Shown here piece by piece: positions 35,086-46,933 of a stretch of 64,000 bases of DNA (positions are counted from its first letter, which is position 1; each line of letters opens with the position of its first letter). The stretch is from Piromyces finnis finn. Taxonomy: Eukaryota; Fungi; Neocallimastigomycota. The notes under the pieces were generated by a model. That model saw only the letters and a list, made by a program, of their open reading frames with translations. It made no database searches and was not told the origin of the DNA. The stretch is taken from assembly GCA_002104945.1 (NCBI GenBank), contig MCFH01000013.1:124001-188000 (forward strand). Reading direction: 5' to 3'. The position numbers and the translations under genes were made by a program.

Positions 35086-35955
35086 ATTTTTTTATTTTTA
35101 AATTCATATTTTAAATAAAAAACTTTTAAAAAAAAAACAAACTTTTTTTGCATCCTTAGTTAAGGAGATTTTAATTTTCTTTTGTCAACATTTTTAAAGA
35201 TGTTACACACATTTTTATTAAAGTTTTAATATTTTAATATAAATTAAAACTTATATTAAACTTTATTATTATATAAAACATTATTTCAACAATAAAATTA
35301 AAGTTTAACAATAGTTAGCCTATGAAAATGAATTATCCATTAAATTTTAATTAATAAATATTAATAATAATAAAAATTCTTTTTTTTTTTTTTTTTTTTT
35401 CTAAAGTGTGTAGATGAAATAAAAGATTAAAACTCATCTTTTTTTTTTTTTAAATGAATAGCAACATTAGAAAAAGGTATAGAGTTAAAAGTATATATAT
35501 ATACTAATTATTATATTATATACTTGTACTTTATAAACAACAATATATAAATTTTATAAATTTAAAAATTAAAAACTATTTATTTATTAGTGATTATTTT
35601 ATTTATTTATAAAACAAACATTTATATATTACTTTAATTTAAATCATTATTATCTATTTTTAAAAGATAAAAGCAAAAAACAACATTGTGTTTATGAAGT
35701 TTTTTTTAAAAATAAGAAACTAAAAAAATTAAAAATATACCATATACCATTTTAATAAATATTTTTATTAAAAAAAAAAACAAAAAACAAATAAACAAAA
35801 ACAAATTAACATACACCGTACCAAAAAAAAAAAAAAAAAAAAAAAAAAAACAATTGTCATAATTTTTAAAAAAAAGAACTGGCAATATATATATGATTAA
35901 TTCATTAAATTTTAAATAAATAATAAAAAATTATATTGTATATATGTAATATAAA

Positions 35956-37985
35956 ATGTACCAACTATCTATTAAATTCATCAGCAATATATTATATTTT
36001 TTAATATTTTGTTTTAATAAAATTTATGCTGGAAATGAAAAAGTCATTAATATTTTAATAGATAAACCCGAAATATATGATAGTCGTTATTTAGAAAACT
36101 ATAATAATTTAATGAAAGAATACTTTAAAACCAATGGAATAACTAATGATTATGATATTGTTTTTTCTTATTGTAAACCAGTACCTGAAGATGGAAAAGA
36201 AATTATAGAAGATTATAGTAAACCAATTTTTAGTGATACTACTTTTAAAATTGATGAGGATTATCCAAGAAATTTTAATTGTACACTTAGAGAATTGAAA
36301 CAATCAAATTTTGATATGATGATATTGGATAATAGTTTTCTTTTTAGCGATGATTCTTCTGTAAAAAGTATTTATTTAAATGGAAAATATTTAATGCGAA
36401 GAGTTACAGATTATTATGAAGATTTTAATGATTATGATATAAGAGAAGAGGATATTAAACATCATGAGAGTGTCCTATTAGATAATGGTCATTTTAAAAA
36501 CTATCATTATAAAAATAAAAAATTTTATGGCCTTCCATATGAAAGAGATTTTAATTTGTTATTTTATCATGATAAATTTGATGATGCTATAAATGATATA
36601 TTTGAATCAAATAAAATAAATAATACGGAATATTTAAATTCTGATGGTATATTAAGTATTGGGCTAAAGGATAATGACGAAATATTAAATTCTTTTGTTG
36701 AATACGTTGCTTTTAAATATGGTATACCAAAAGAAAATGATAATGATTCATTTGGTATATTCTATAACGAAAAATTGCAAGAGTTATTTAAAGCATTTAG
36801 AAATGTTATTATAAAATATGCGGGTGAAAATATTAATCAAACACTAGATACTTCAACAGAACAAGCTTATTTTTCATTCATTAACAATGAAAAAATGCTT
36901 TTTAAGGGAAAAGCTTCTTCCTACAAAAGATTGATCAATAATCCAAATATATCAGTCATACCTCATTCCTTACCAAATAATTTTAGTAGCGTGATCGAAA
37001 AATTTCTAATTATTAATATATATAGTAAAAAGAAAAAAGAAGATCTTGTTAAAATAGCGCTTCAACTCACTTCACCAGATATGCAACTCTATAGAGCTGA
37101 AAAATTCGGTACTATCCCAACCTTTGATTTAAAAAATGACACAAATGATTATAGTCAAAAGTATTGTCAAGGCAATTTTGTGATATGTCATATTTATAAA
37201 GCTATAAAACCAATTTATGTTAATAAATTCTTTAAGAAAGGTATCAACAGTGCAAATTTTATGGAAACAAGATTAGTCGTTCCAATGGCATTGAAAGATG
37301 GGTTAATTAATAACAATGATACTGTTCTTAAAAACACTTTTTTAAATATTTTGGACTTAGAAGCAATACCGCTTAGTGATATTAATGTTCCAATTATTGT
37401 ATGCAATGTTATTAATATTTTTTATATCGTATTTTTGCTTTTCGTCATATTTAAAGTATATAAGTATAGAAAACATCCATATTTAAAGGCGATTTCACCA
37501 TTTTTATCCAGTTTAACAATTATAGGAATTATTTTACATCTTTCTTTTATTTATGTATTTGGTATGAGTAGTATGGACAAAACGTTATGCCGTTTAAGTT
37601 ATGTCATTAAGGTACTTGCTTTAAACTTAATTTATTTACCAATGATTTCAATTATTTTCCGTATCTATTATATTTACACTAATTTATCTCAAGTCAACTA
37701 TGGTAAAAAAGTAAATGATAAAAGACTAATAAAGTACGTTTTTGTCATATTAATGATAGCCATTAGTGTATGCGGAATCATTGCCTTCAATGATGATTTC
37801 TATATTGGAACTTTTGGAACCTATTTACCATTACGATTTAATTTATGCGTTTATAATAATATGAATTTATATTTCTTATTTGCTACCATCTATAGTATTT
37901 TTATGGTAAGTTGAGGAAAAAAAAAAAAAAAAAGAAATTCTAGATTTATAGATATTTTCAATTACATTATGATTATTTTTTAATT

Positions 37986-38020
<35 letters not shown>

Positions 38021-39034
38021 CTTTAAAAAAAACTACTAATATATTTAATTTTATTTATATAATAGTTTATAGGTATGATTGTTATGACCGTTAAAACAAT
38101 CAAGGTTTCAAGGAAATATGGAGAGATTAGATTTATAGTATTTATTGTATTACTTTTATTTAGTTCCATTGTATATGAAATTTCATTTATATTTTTAGCT
38201 ACCTTTGATTTTAAAAATATAATTTTTTTCATTATTGCTCATGCCCTCTATTTATTAAGTTCACTTTATTGTGCGTATTTGTTAGTTGGGGCAAGACTTT
38301 TATATATCCGAAAGAATCCAATAAAAAATGGATCATTCGAAGGAAATAGTGTTTACAATGATTATTTTAATGCACCCGTAAATCTTGTAGATTTTATTCC
38401 TTTAAAAAAGGAATTGAAAAAAGAAAGAGAAGGTAATGGTTCTGTATTTAGAAGAAGAACAAAACATAGTAAAAATAATCAAAATAGTTATCAAGATATC
38501 AGTTATTATAGTGAAAATATCAATAAAAGTAATACTGTTAATAATGGTTACAATCAAATTAATAATAATAGTTATACCGTAAATAATTCAAACTATTATT
38601 ATAATAATCTGTACAATTATAACAACAACAATAACAACAACAACAACAACAACAGTAATACCAATAATAAAACAATTCATGAATATTCTGGTAACAATAA
38701 AAGTTTTGAAAGTAAAAAAAGTTATAATAATAGTAGCAATATTAATAAAAGTAGTGATAATAGTAATCCAAACGATACAATGAAGGATAGTAATAGTAAT
38801 AATAGTAAATATAATAATGAATATATAAATAATTATATTAATAATTATATCAATGATTATACAGATTATCTTACTAATTATAACAATCAAAATATTAATA
38901 ATCCAAATAATGAATATTTTGATTCTATTGAAAATAATCCAAATAATTATTTCTTTAATCAATCATTAAAATTGCTTAGTCAAGAAGATGAGGCTACAAA
39001 AAATGATTATTATATAAAAAAGAATTATAGATAA
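35956..39034 (+). CDS. Class C-like (7tm_3) GPCR with N-terminal solute-binding-protein-like ectodomain; 2 exons (35956-37905, 38066-39034), about 972 aa
   Basis: Signal peptide; DMMILD, YGLPYERDFNLLFY, LQLTSPDMQLYRA..GTIPT (SBP-like); TM1 followed by KYRKHPYLKAISP; intron ATG|GTAAG...AATAG|TTT joins the two ORFs in frame; Asn-rich tail. Confidence 0.85.
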
Positions 39035-39627
39035 AAGGGTTGGTTAAATGTTTAGCATTTAGATTGAATTTTTCTATTTTTTTTTTTTTTTTTATTATTT
39101 AATTAATTATTTATTTATAAATTTATAATTGAATGATTCCTTATTTTTAATTTTTACAGTATTAAGATAATATTAAAAAAAAAAAAAATTTTCTTTTTTT
39201 TTTTTTTGAGAATAATTATTCATTCATACTATAAAAATATATTAAGATTTGTAAATATTATTTATTTAAAAAAAAAAAAAAATTGATTAAATCTAATATA
39301 TAATAATAAAAAAAAAAAAAAAAATAAAAAAAAATTTAATAAACTATATTATTTAAAATTATTATGATTTGTGTATTAATATATTAAAAAAAAAATTATA
39401 AAACATAGAAAGGACCAACTTTTTATTCTTTTATTTTTTTCTAAAAAAAGAATTATATAAATATTTATTAAAATCCTTTTTCTTTTTTATTTTTCCTTTT
39501 AGGTAAGTATATTATTGTGATATTGTCATTTTTCATCACTTTTTTTTTTATACCTAATTCTATAAAACTATTTATGCTAATAATAAAAAATATAACAAAA
39601 GTTAGATTTTTATAAAAAAAAAAAAAC

Positions 39628-40254
39628 ATGGCAATAACAGTTTACGTTTATGTAATGAATACAATGGCTGACTGGGAAGCATCTTATGTAATGGCTGAAT
39701 TAAATTCTAAAAGATTTTTTAAAAAAGATGCCAAAACTATTGATATTAAAACAGTTTCAAATACAAAAGAACCAATTCGTTCAATGGGTGGATTAACCAT
39801 TATACCTGACTGTGTTGTAGATGATATAATAATTCATAAAGATAATTTATTAATTTTACCAGGTTCAAATCAATGGAGTGAGCTAGATCATCATAACATA
39901 TTAATTAAGGCTCAACAATTTTTATCCTGTGGTGCTGCTGTAGCAGCAATATGTGGTGCTACTGTTGCACTCGCAAATCTTGGCTTATTGGATGAAAGAA
40001 GACATACAAGTAATGGAGAAGGCTTCCTAGATATGTTTTGTTCAAAGTATAAAGGTAAAAAATATTATGTAAATGATGTTGCTGTACGTGATAATAATTT
40101 GATAACTGCAGGTTCTACTGGTGGCTTATTAATGGCTAAATATATTTTAGAATATCTTGATGTATTCAAATCAGATACTTTGGAATATTGGTATTCTTAT
40201 TTCAGTACAGGAGATGCGAATGCTTTCTTCGCAATGATGCAAACTTTACAGTAA
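39628..40254 (+). CDS. DJ-1/PfpI family (class I glutamine amidotransferase-like) protein, bacterial type
   Basis: ADWE, SMGGLTIIPD, LILPG, AAICGAT nucleophile elbow, HTSN, LITAG; intronless CDS. Confidence 0.88.
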   Translation: MAITVYVYVMNTMADWEASYVMAELNSKRFFKKDAKTIDIKTVSNTKEPIRSMGGLTIIPDCVVDDIIIHKDNLLILPGSNQWSELDHHNILIKAQQFLSCGAAVAAICGATVALANLGLLDERRHTSNGEGFLDMFCSKYKGKKYYVNDVAVRDNNLITAGSTGGLLMAKYILEYLDVFKSDTLEYWYSYFSTGDANAFFAMMQTLQ

Positions 40255-41677
40255 AGGACAATGAATAAATTGGGAAATTTCTATTAATTTATGGTGGTGG
40301 CTAAGTAATACCAATCATATTTTTTTTGTTTTTAATTTTTTCTTTTTTTTGTAGTTGTTGTTGTATTAGAAATATAAAATAATGTAATTTAAAAATAATA
40401 TGAATATAAATAGGTATAGGAATGTATATGCCTATGCTTTAATTCCTTTTATAAGCAACAAAAAAAAAAAAAAAAAAGGAAAAATAATTTTTTAATTCAT
40501 ACCTTTTTAATTGTACAATAGATAATTTTATTATATTTTATATCATTAAAATTAGTATCTTTTTGTAAATTAACATAAATGTATATAAAAAAATTTTTTT
40601 TACTAATAAGATCTTTATTATTATTGTTTAATAATTATTTGTATGATTTACCTTTTGTTTTTTCCATTTAGTAATTAGATATATTTTTCTTTTATATATT
40701 ACTAGTATTTTTTGTTAATATATTAATGTTTTTATTTTTTAATAAAAACAATTTTTTTTTAAAAAAAGTCACATTATTTCTTTTATTTATTATTGCGTCT
40801 ATTTTTTTTTAAAGTATTATATTACTTTATTATTATTATTGTTGTTGTTGTTGCTGTTGTTTTCGTTGTCGTTAAAAGTGTTGGAAATCATAAATGTAGA
40901 TTTTCCAAAAGTGGATCAACTATTATAAACTATAGTTGAAAGAAAGACTAATGAATACATTACTAAAAGGCTTTTACAAGATTTAATTAATATACATTTA
41001 GAAGATATAATTGTCAATTTTTTAGGTATCATATTATTTCTAATAGTTATGATCTTTATTAAAAAATGACCTGTTGTAAATATTAATATTGAAATTACTA
41101 AAAAAAAAAAAAATAGAAATAGGTATTATTTTGAAACCAATAGATAAGGTGAAAGTAATGAATATGATGTATTACCTTTTATTATAATCTTTTGCGTTAC
41201 AGAAATAAATTCCTTATGTTAACCAGTTTCAGCTTGTTTATTGAATTCATAATAATAATTGTTGTTATTTTTATTAATTATTTTAATAGGTCTGTTTTCA
41301 TTAGGATTATAGCGATTAGAATTATCAATTTTTATCTAAAAATTAAAATATAAAATGAAGATATTAATATAGAAGTATAGAAGAAGTATTTAAAATAAAG
41401 AAAAAAAAATATTTAAAAACTATAATATAATTTCGTAAATTATTAATTTATAATTAAAAAAATTAATAAATAGTAGATACTTTTTTTATTTTAATATTTT
41501 TTATTTTATTTTATTTTTTATAAATAATTCATTTTTACATTTATTTACTTTTTTATTTAGTTTTATATTAAAATTACTAACTTATTTATATTTGTTTATT
41601 TTATTCATTATTTCATTTATTATATTTCATTCTATTTTTTTATTAATATTTATATTTAATTTTTCTTTATTTTATTT

Positions 41678-42970
41678 TTAATTTTCTTCATCAGCACTGT
41701 CAATTTCAGCAACTTCTTCATTATCAATAATAATATCATCAACTTCTTCTTCACTACTAATATCTTCTTCTTCAGAAATGAAAAGACTAAGATCAACAGC
41801 ATTACCAATAGCATTGTGACCTAAGTAGTTTGGATGAAGACCATCATTATCACATAAATCAGCATTGAAGACCATTGGATCATATGGATCAGCAACAACA
41901 GAGGCGAAATCAATAATAGCATCAAAACCACCTTCACTAGCTGGGGTGTTGACAATCCAATCATTAACGGTTTCCTTTATTATATTCTTTTCTTCAGTCC
42001 ATAAAGATTGGGTTTTAAATGGAAGAATTGGACTACCATAGATAGTAATACCAAGGTCATGGGCTTTTTGGATGAGTTCCTTGAAACCTTGAATAAGAGT
42101 TGGAGCATCAATATTACCATAAATAATATCATTAATACCATATAAAACAATCATGTACTTGACATTAACTTGTTCGGCAACATCCTTTTGGAATCTACCT
42201 AAACCAGTTGGCCAAACAGGATTGTTTGGACCGTATAAACTACTACCACCGATACCAGCATTTAATACTGAAAAGTGTTGAGTAGCTGGATTACTTTGTA
42301 ATTTTTCAGCAAAGACATCAGTCCATCTATTTTGATGATCGGTAGTAGAACCTCTACCATCAGTAATAGAATCACCGTAACATAAAATAGCTTCTTTTTC
42401 CTTTTCATTATCAACAACATCAATAGCTGCCATTGTGTACCAACGAGCAAACTTGTGTTCTTCACTAAAGCTTTCTTTACTAACAGCATTGCCTAATTCA
42501 ATGAAAGAGTAAGTTCTAGCACCAGCATGACCAGTGAAATCAGCTGGAATCTTACCATAGTAGATAGAAATGGCAATTTCATCAAAAGTGGAGATTGAAA
42601 ATGGAATGGTATCAGAAATGATATCACCATTAGCTGGAATAGTAACTTCTGGACTACCATTAAAAGTGATTTCAGTATCAGTTTCTAAAATAATTTTACC
42701 AGTACCTTGACCAGCAGATTTTGCAACATGAATAGATTGTAATACTAATTCTTCATTACCGTAAATATTGGAAAAATGGAATCTTAAATTTTCACCAGGA
42801 ATAGAAACTCTAAGAAATTGACGTAAAGTATTTCCTTGTAAATCAATTTCTGGCATTTCTCCATTACAGTATTGAGAAGCAGACCAAGTACCAGTGTATG
42901 ATACTTCATTTAATGCAAAAATAGCATTAATAAATATAAGACATAAAGCTGATATTAAATAAAATTTCAT
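41678..42970 (-). CDS. Secreted SGNH/GDSL esterase, copy 2
   Basis: Same 430-aa protein as 27712-29004; at least one synonymous change seen. Confidence 0.9.
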   Translation of the reverse strand: MKFYLISALCLIFINAIFALNEVSYTGTWSASQYCNGEMPEIDLQGNTLRQFLRVSIPGENLRFHFSNIYGNEELVLQSIHVAKSAGQGTGKIILETDTEITFNGSPEVTIPANGDIISDTIPFSISTFDEIAISIYYGKIPADFTGHAGARTYSFIELGNAVSKESFSEEHKFARWYTMAAIDVVDNEKEKEAILCYGDSITDGRGSTTDHQNRWTDVFAEKLQSNPATQHFSVLNAGIGGSSLYGPNNPVWPTGLGRFQKDVAEQVNVKYMIVLYGINDIIYGNIDAPTLIQGFKELIQKAHDLGITIYGSPILPFKTQSLWTEEKNIIKETVNDWIVNTPASEGGFDAIIDFASVVADPYDPMVFNADLCDNDGLHPNYLGHNAIGNAVDLSLFISEEEDISSEEEVDDIIIDNEEVAEIDSADEEN

Positions 42971-44023
42971 TTTTAATTTAAAATATTTCTTCCTTACTTT
43001 TTTAGTAATAAGAAATTAAATATTTTTAATAGTAATAAAAAAAAAAATAAAAATATAATGGAAATAGTACTGTTTATATACAAAAAATGTTGATCTATAT
43101 TTAATAATAAAAAAAATATTAATCAACAAAAGCTTAATTATAATATTTAATTTATTAATATATTATGTAATTTATAATTTATTAATAATATATTAATAAT
43201 TAATTGAAAATATATTATATTTTTTTATTTCCTTGGGTAACATTTAAAGTATGAATCATTTAAAGTTTTATCTTTCTAATAGTAAAATTTCCATATTTCC
43301 ATTTTTGAATTTGTGAATGAGTATTTTTATTTATTTAAATTCTCAAAGTCATATTTATAAACAATATAATAAATATATTATGATTTTAAATAATAATAAA
43401 CATAAAAAAAGTTCATTCACTTTTATGCCTATTTATTTTTATTATTGTTTATTTTTTTATTATTCTTTTATATTTATATGTACTAGTAAAAATATATTGT
43501 TCCATTTTTTTAAAAAAAGGAATATGAAAATTTTATTTATAATATTATAATTATGACTAATAAATTATAATGGAACAATGTCATATTAAATTTAAAAAAG
43601 GAAAAATTAAAAAAAAAAAACCTTAAAATTAAGTATTTCCAATGCTATAAATTTGGTACATATGGGATTATATGGAAATTACTTTTTTTATTATAAAATC
43701 TTTATGAAATCCAATAGAGATGTAAAAAAGATAATATATATAGTGCAATCTATTAAAAATTATTATTGTTATAATATGTTGTAATAAGCATTTTGTATTA
43801 TAATTATTTATAAAAATAGAGTTGTAATAATTTAAATACTCGTTTTTTTATTCTTTATTATTTCATAAATACTTTTACTATTTATAATATTCATAAGAAC
43901 TAACATACAACAAATTGTCATGTTTAATAAAATAAAGAGGAAATTATTATAAAAATTTATTTAATTGGACGTTTTTTAATATTTAATATTTAATTTTTAA
44001 TTATTTTAAAAATTTTATATAAA

Positions 44024-44067
44024 TAATAAATTGGATTTCCCAATAGAAATCGAGGAATTTTTTTATT
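44024..44067. promoter_or_regulatory. Paralogue of the conserved noncoding element at 26827-26872
   Basis: Reverse complement reads TTTCTATTGGGAAATCCAATTTATTA. Confidence 0.5.
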
Positions 44068-44195
44068 TAATAATTATTATTTAATAAGGAAAATGTCTCA
44101 TAACTCTAATAAATATGATTTTTTTCATTCATAATTGAGTAAAAATGAATATTCTTATGGTTTTTATAATACTCAAATAAAAATTTATTTGAGGG

Positions 44196-44412
44196 TATTA
44201 AGAGTTGTTTAATTTAGGTTTATAATTATGTCAACTTTATTAATATATTTTATGATAAAGAACTACTTGCGTTACATTCTTCTCAAACTACATGTATTTA
44301 TACATTTACATTGTGGCTTAAACATATAATTAAATACAATATATACAAATACGTTTTAATACATTTCAATACATTTGAATACATGTGACATAACGTTTCA
44401 CATATTCTAACA
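44196..44412 (-). repeat. 3' LTR of the copia-type element
   Basis: Preceded on the minus strand by the PPT; reads identical to 48868-49084. Confidence 0.93.
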
Positions 44413-44783
44413 TTCCCCCTCAAACCTAATTTTCTACTAAGTAAAATTTGGTTTGCTGGTGAATATGTGCATTTTATTATTTCTAAACTATTAACTATAA
44501 ACTAAATCTAATGTTTAAAATTTTTATATTTCATTAACTGGAATTTAAAATATTTCACATATATTATTCACTAATTGCTTTAAAGAATTTAAATATTACC
44601 CTATAACTTCGTTTTTATGGATAAACTGAAAACCTTTGTATAATTGGGTAGTATTAAAGTTTAAAATTTGGATTGGATATTCATAAATTGTTATACCATC
44701 CATTAAGGATTGAAAACCCTTCCGGTTTTACATTATCCTATAAACTATATTGGTAATCTCTCTGAGATTTACACAGAATTATA

Positions 44784-45016
44784 GACAACACATGGTTTAT
44801 CTCTTTGATTTTACGTCCTTATGACAACGCATGGTTTACCTCTTTGGTTTTACGTTTTCTTAACAACTCATGGTTAACCTTTGATTTTACGTCCTAATGA
44901 CAACACATATGGATAACTCTTTTTGGTTTTACGTTCTCTTAACAACCTATGGTTAATCTTCTTGGTTTTACGTTCTTCGGACAACCTATGGATAACTCTC
45001 TGGTTTTATGTCCTTA
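44784..45016. repeat. Six degenerate ~39-bp tandem repeats inside the copia-type element
   Basis: Unit ACAACxxATGGTTxxCTCTTTGxTTTTACGTxCT. Confidence 0.85.
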
Positions 45017-46933
45017 TAATTACAATTTTCTTTAGAATATTAGCATAATTGTATTTCAATCTATTTGTAAATACTAATTAATAATGGTAAAATTTTAATT
45101 AAATTCTTAATAGTTATTTAGTTTATGTATATTGAATTTTAACATTTTCTTTTAGGTGTTTTTCCTTCCTTTTATGCCTTTTGTATTGATTAATTATTCT
45201 TATAATATTTAAGAATATTTTACTTTGTATTTGAAATTTTGTTCTTTTCATTTTTACATATTGAATATTGAATCTTATAAATTTTTACAATTTGAATTTC
45301 AATTCATTCTATTTATTAAGCCTTAGTTTCTATGCAATGTTTTAGTTATTTCCAATGTTTAACTAGAAACAAAAATTATTATCTTGAATTTTAAATTTCG
45401 TATATTCACTACTTCCCCCTCAAATCTAGATGTTTAGTAATAAATATTTAGATTTGAAAATGAGAAATTTAAATTTCATAAAATTTCATTCATTTTGCAT
45501 CAAATTTTCATAATAATGAATAATTTTCCATAACATATACGATAAGTATTAATACCTATATAAATAATAAATAACATATTCTAATGTTTTCATTCATTTT
45601 TCTCAATTGCTTATCCTTTAAAATATAGTGAAATAATATTTTCATGATAATATATTTTAATGTAGTGATAATCATAGAATATCAAACTAATGAATAAAAT
45701 ATTCCTCAATTATGTATTTCTTTACTTCAAATTAAAATAAGTAGATATACCAGTAAAATTATAACAAGTTAATATTGTAAGATAATGACATTTAAAATAT
45801 CGATTATTGAAGAGAATAAAGTTCTTCTAAATTATATCGAAGTCGGCTCGGTTAATTAGAATGTCAGCTAATTGGTCGGCGATCACTCACTACGTTGAAA
45901 GTGGTGATTTATATATGAGGTTACTAAATCACCGTAAATTATATTTTAAAACGGCGTCACAACATTCTTGAATGTTGGTAATAAATAAATATGATGAATC
46001 AATGTCATCTAAATCTAAGGAGCCCTTACTATGAAGGTGCTACATTGTTATTGATGGGACCAAATTAAATATATATAGGTCTAAAACCATCATTAATAAT
46101 TATCTATGAATATAACTCATTTCACGCTAAGTTAAATCATGATAAGTTGTTAAAATATTATTGAATATACCCATTTCACGCTAGGTTATTCAAAGTATAT
46201 ATATATGTAGAATATGCGCATTTCACGCTAAGTATTTCTAACTTTAATAAATTACCTCATTTGAAATATTTGCTATGTATATTAGCAATAACAGCCTACG
46301 GGATGAGCATTTGACCAGTAATATATTTGCTTTATAGGTAGCAATAATTTAAATAATGCTTTTGAGGCTAAATATTATCTTAAAGTATTGTTATAATGAT
46401 TTAATTCAAAGAATAGTATACTGGATTAAATTATATAATACTGATTTGAATGAAATTATCATAAAGAAATTGATTGACATTTTCACAAGGATAGTTTCAA
46501 TGTTCATTGCATAATTTCATTACAATAGGGTATTTTATACAAACTTATCAAATAATGTTTAATTATTCTAATTCATGTTTCTAATTGTATAAATTTTATG
46601 TATTTTCTTTATGTTCTATCTTTCCTCTATGGCGGAAAGAATATTTTTTCATTAAAATAGTAGTAGTTAAAATATTTTATTATTGCACAAATAATTTATT
46701 TACTTGAAATAAATATATATGTTTTCAATAACGATAATGCTATTTTATGAATGTTAATAAAACTAGTTCTTTTAAAAATAAAATGAATGTTTGTGGAAAC
46801 GTTGATTGTATGTTTATGAATATTTACATAATTGAATATATGGATTTTTAAATGATAATGAATGTAAATTGACATAGTGAGTAGATCAAAATCAAATTAA
46901 TAAATTTAATAAATTGAGTAAATTAGGAGAATT

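Noticed and set aside
40780-41340. Possible minus-strand pseudogene fragments
   Set aside because: Only short open stretches with no assignable family.
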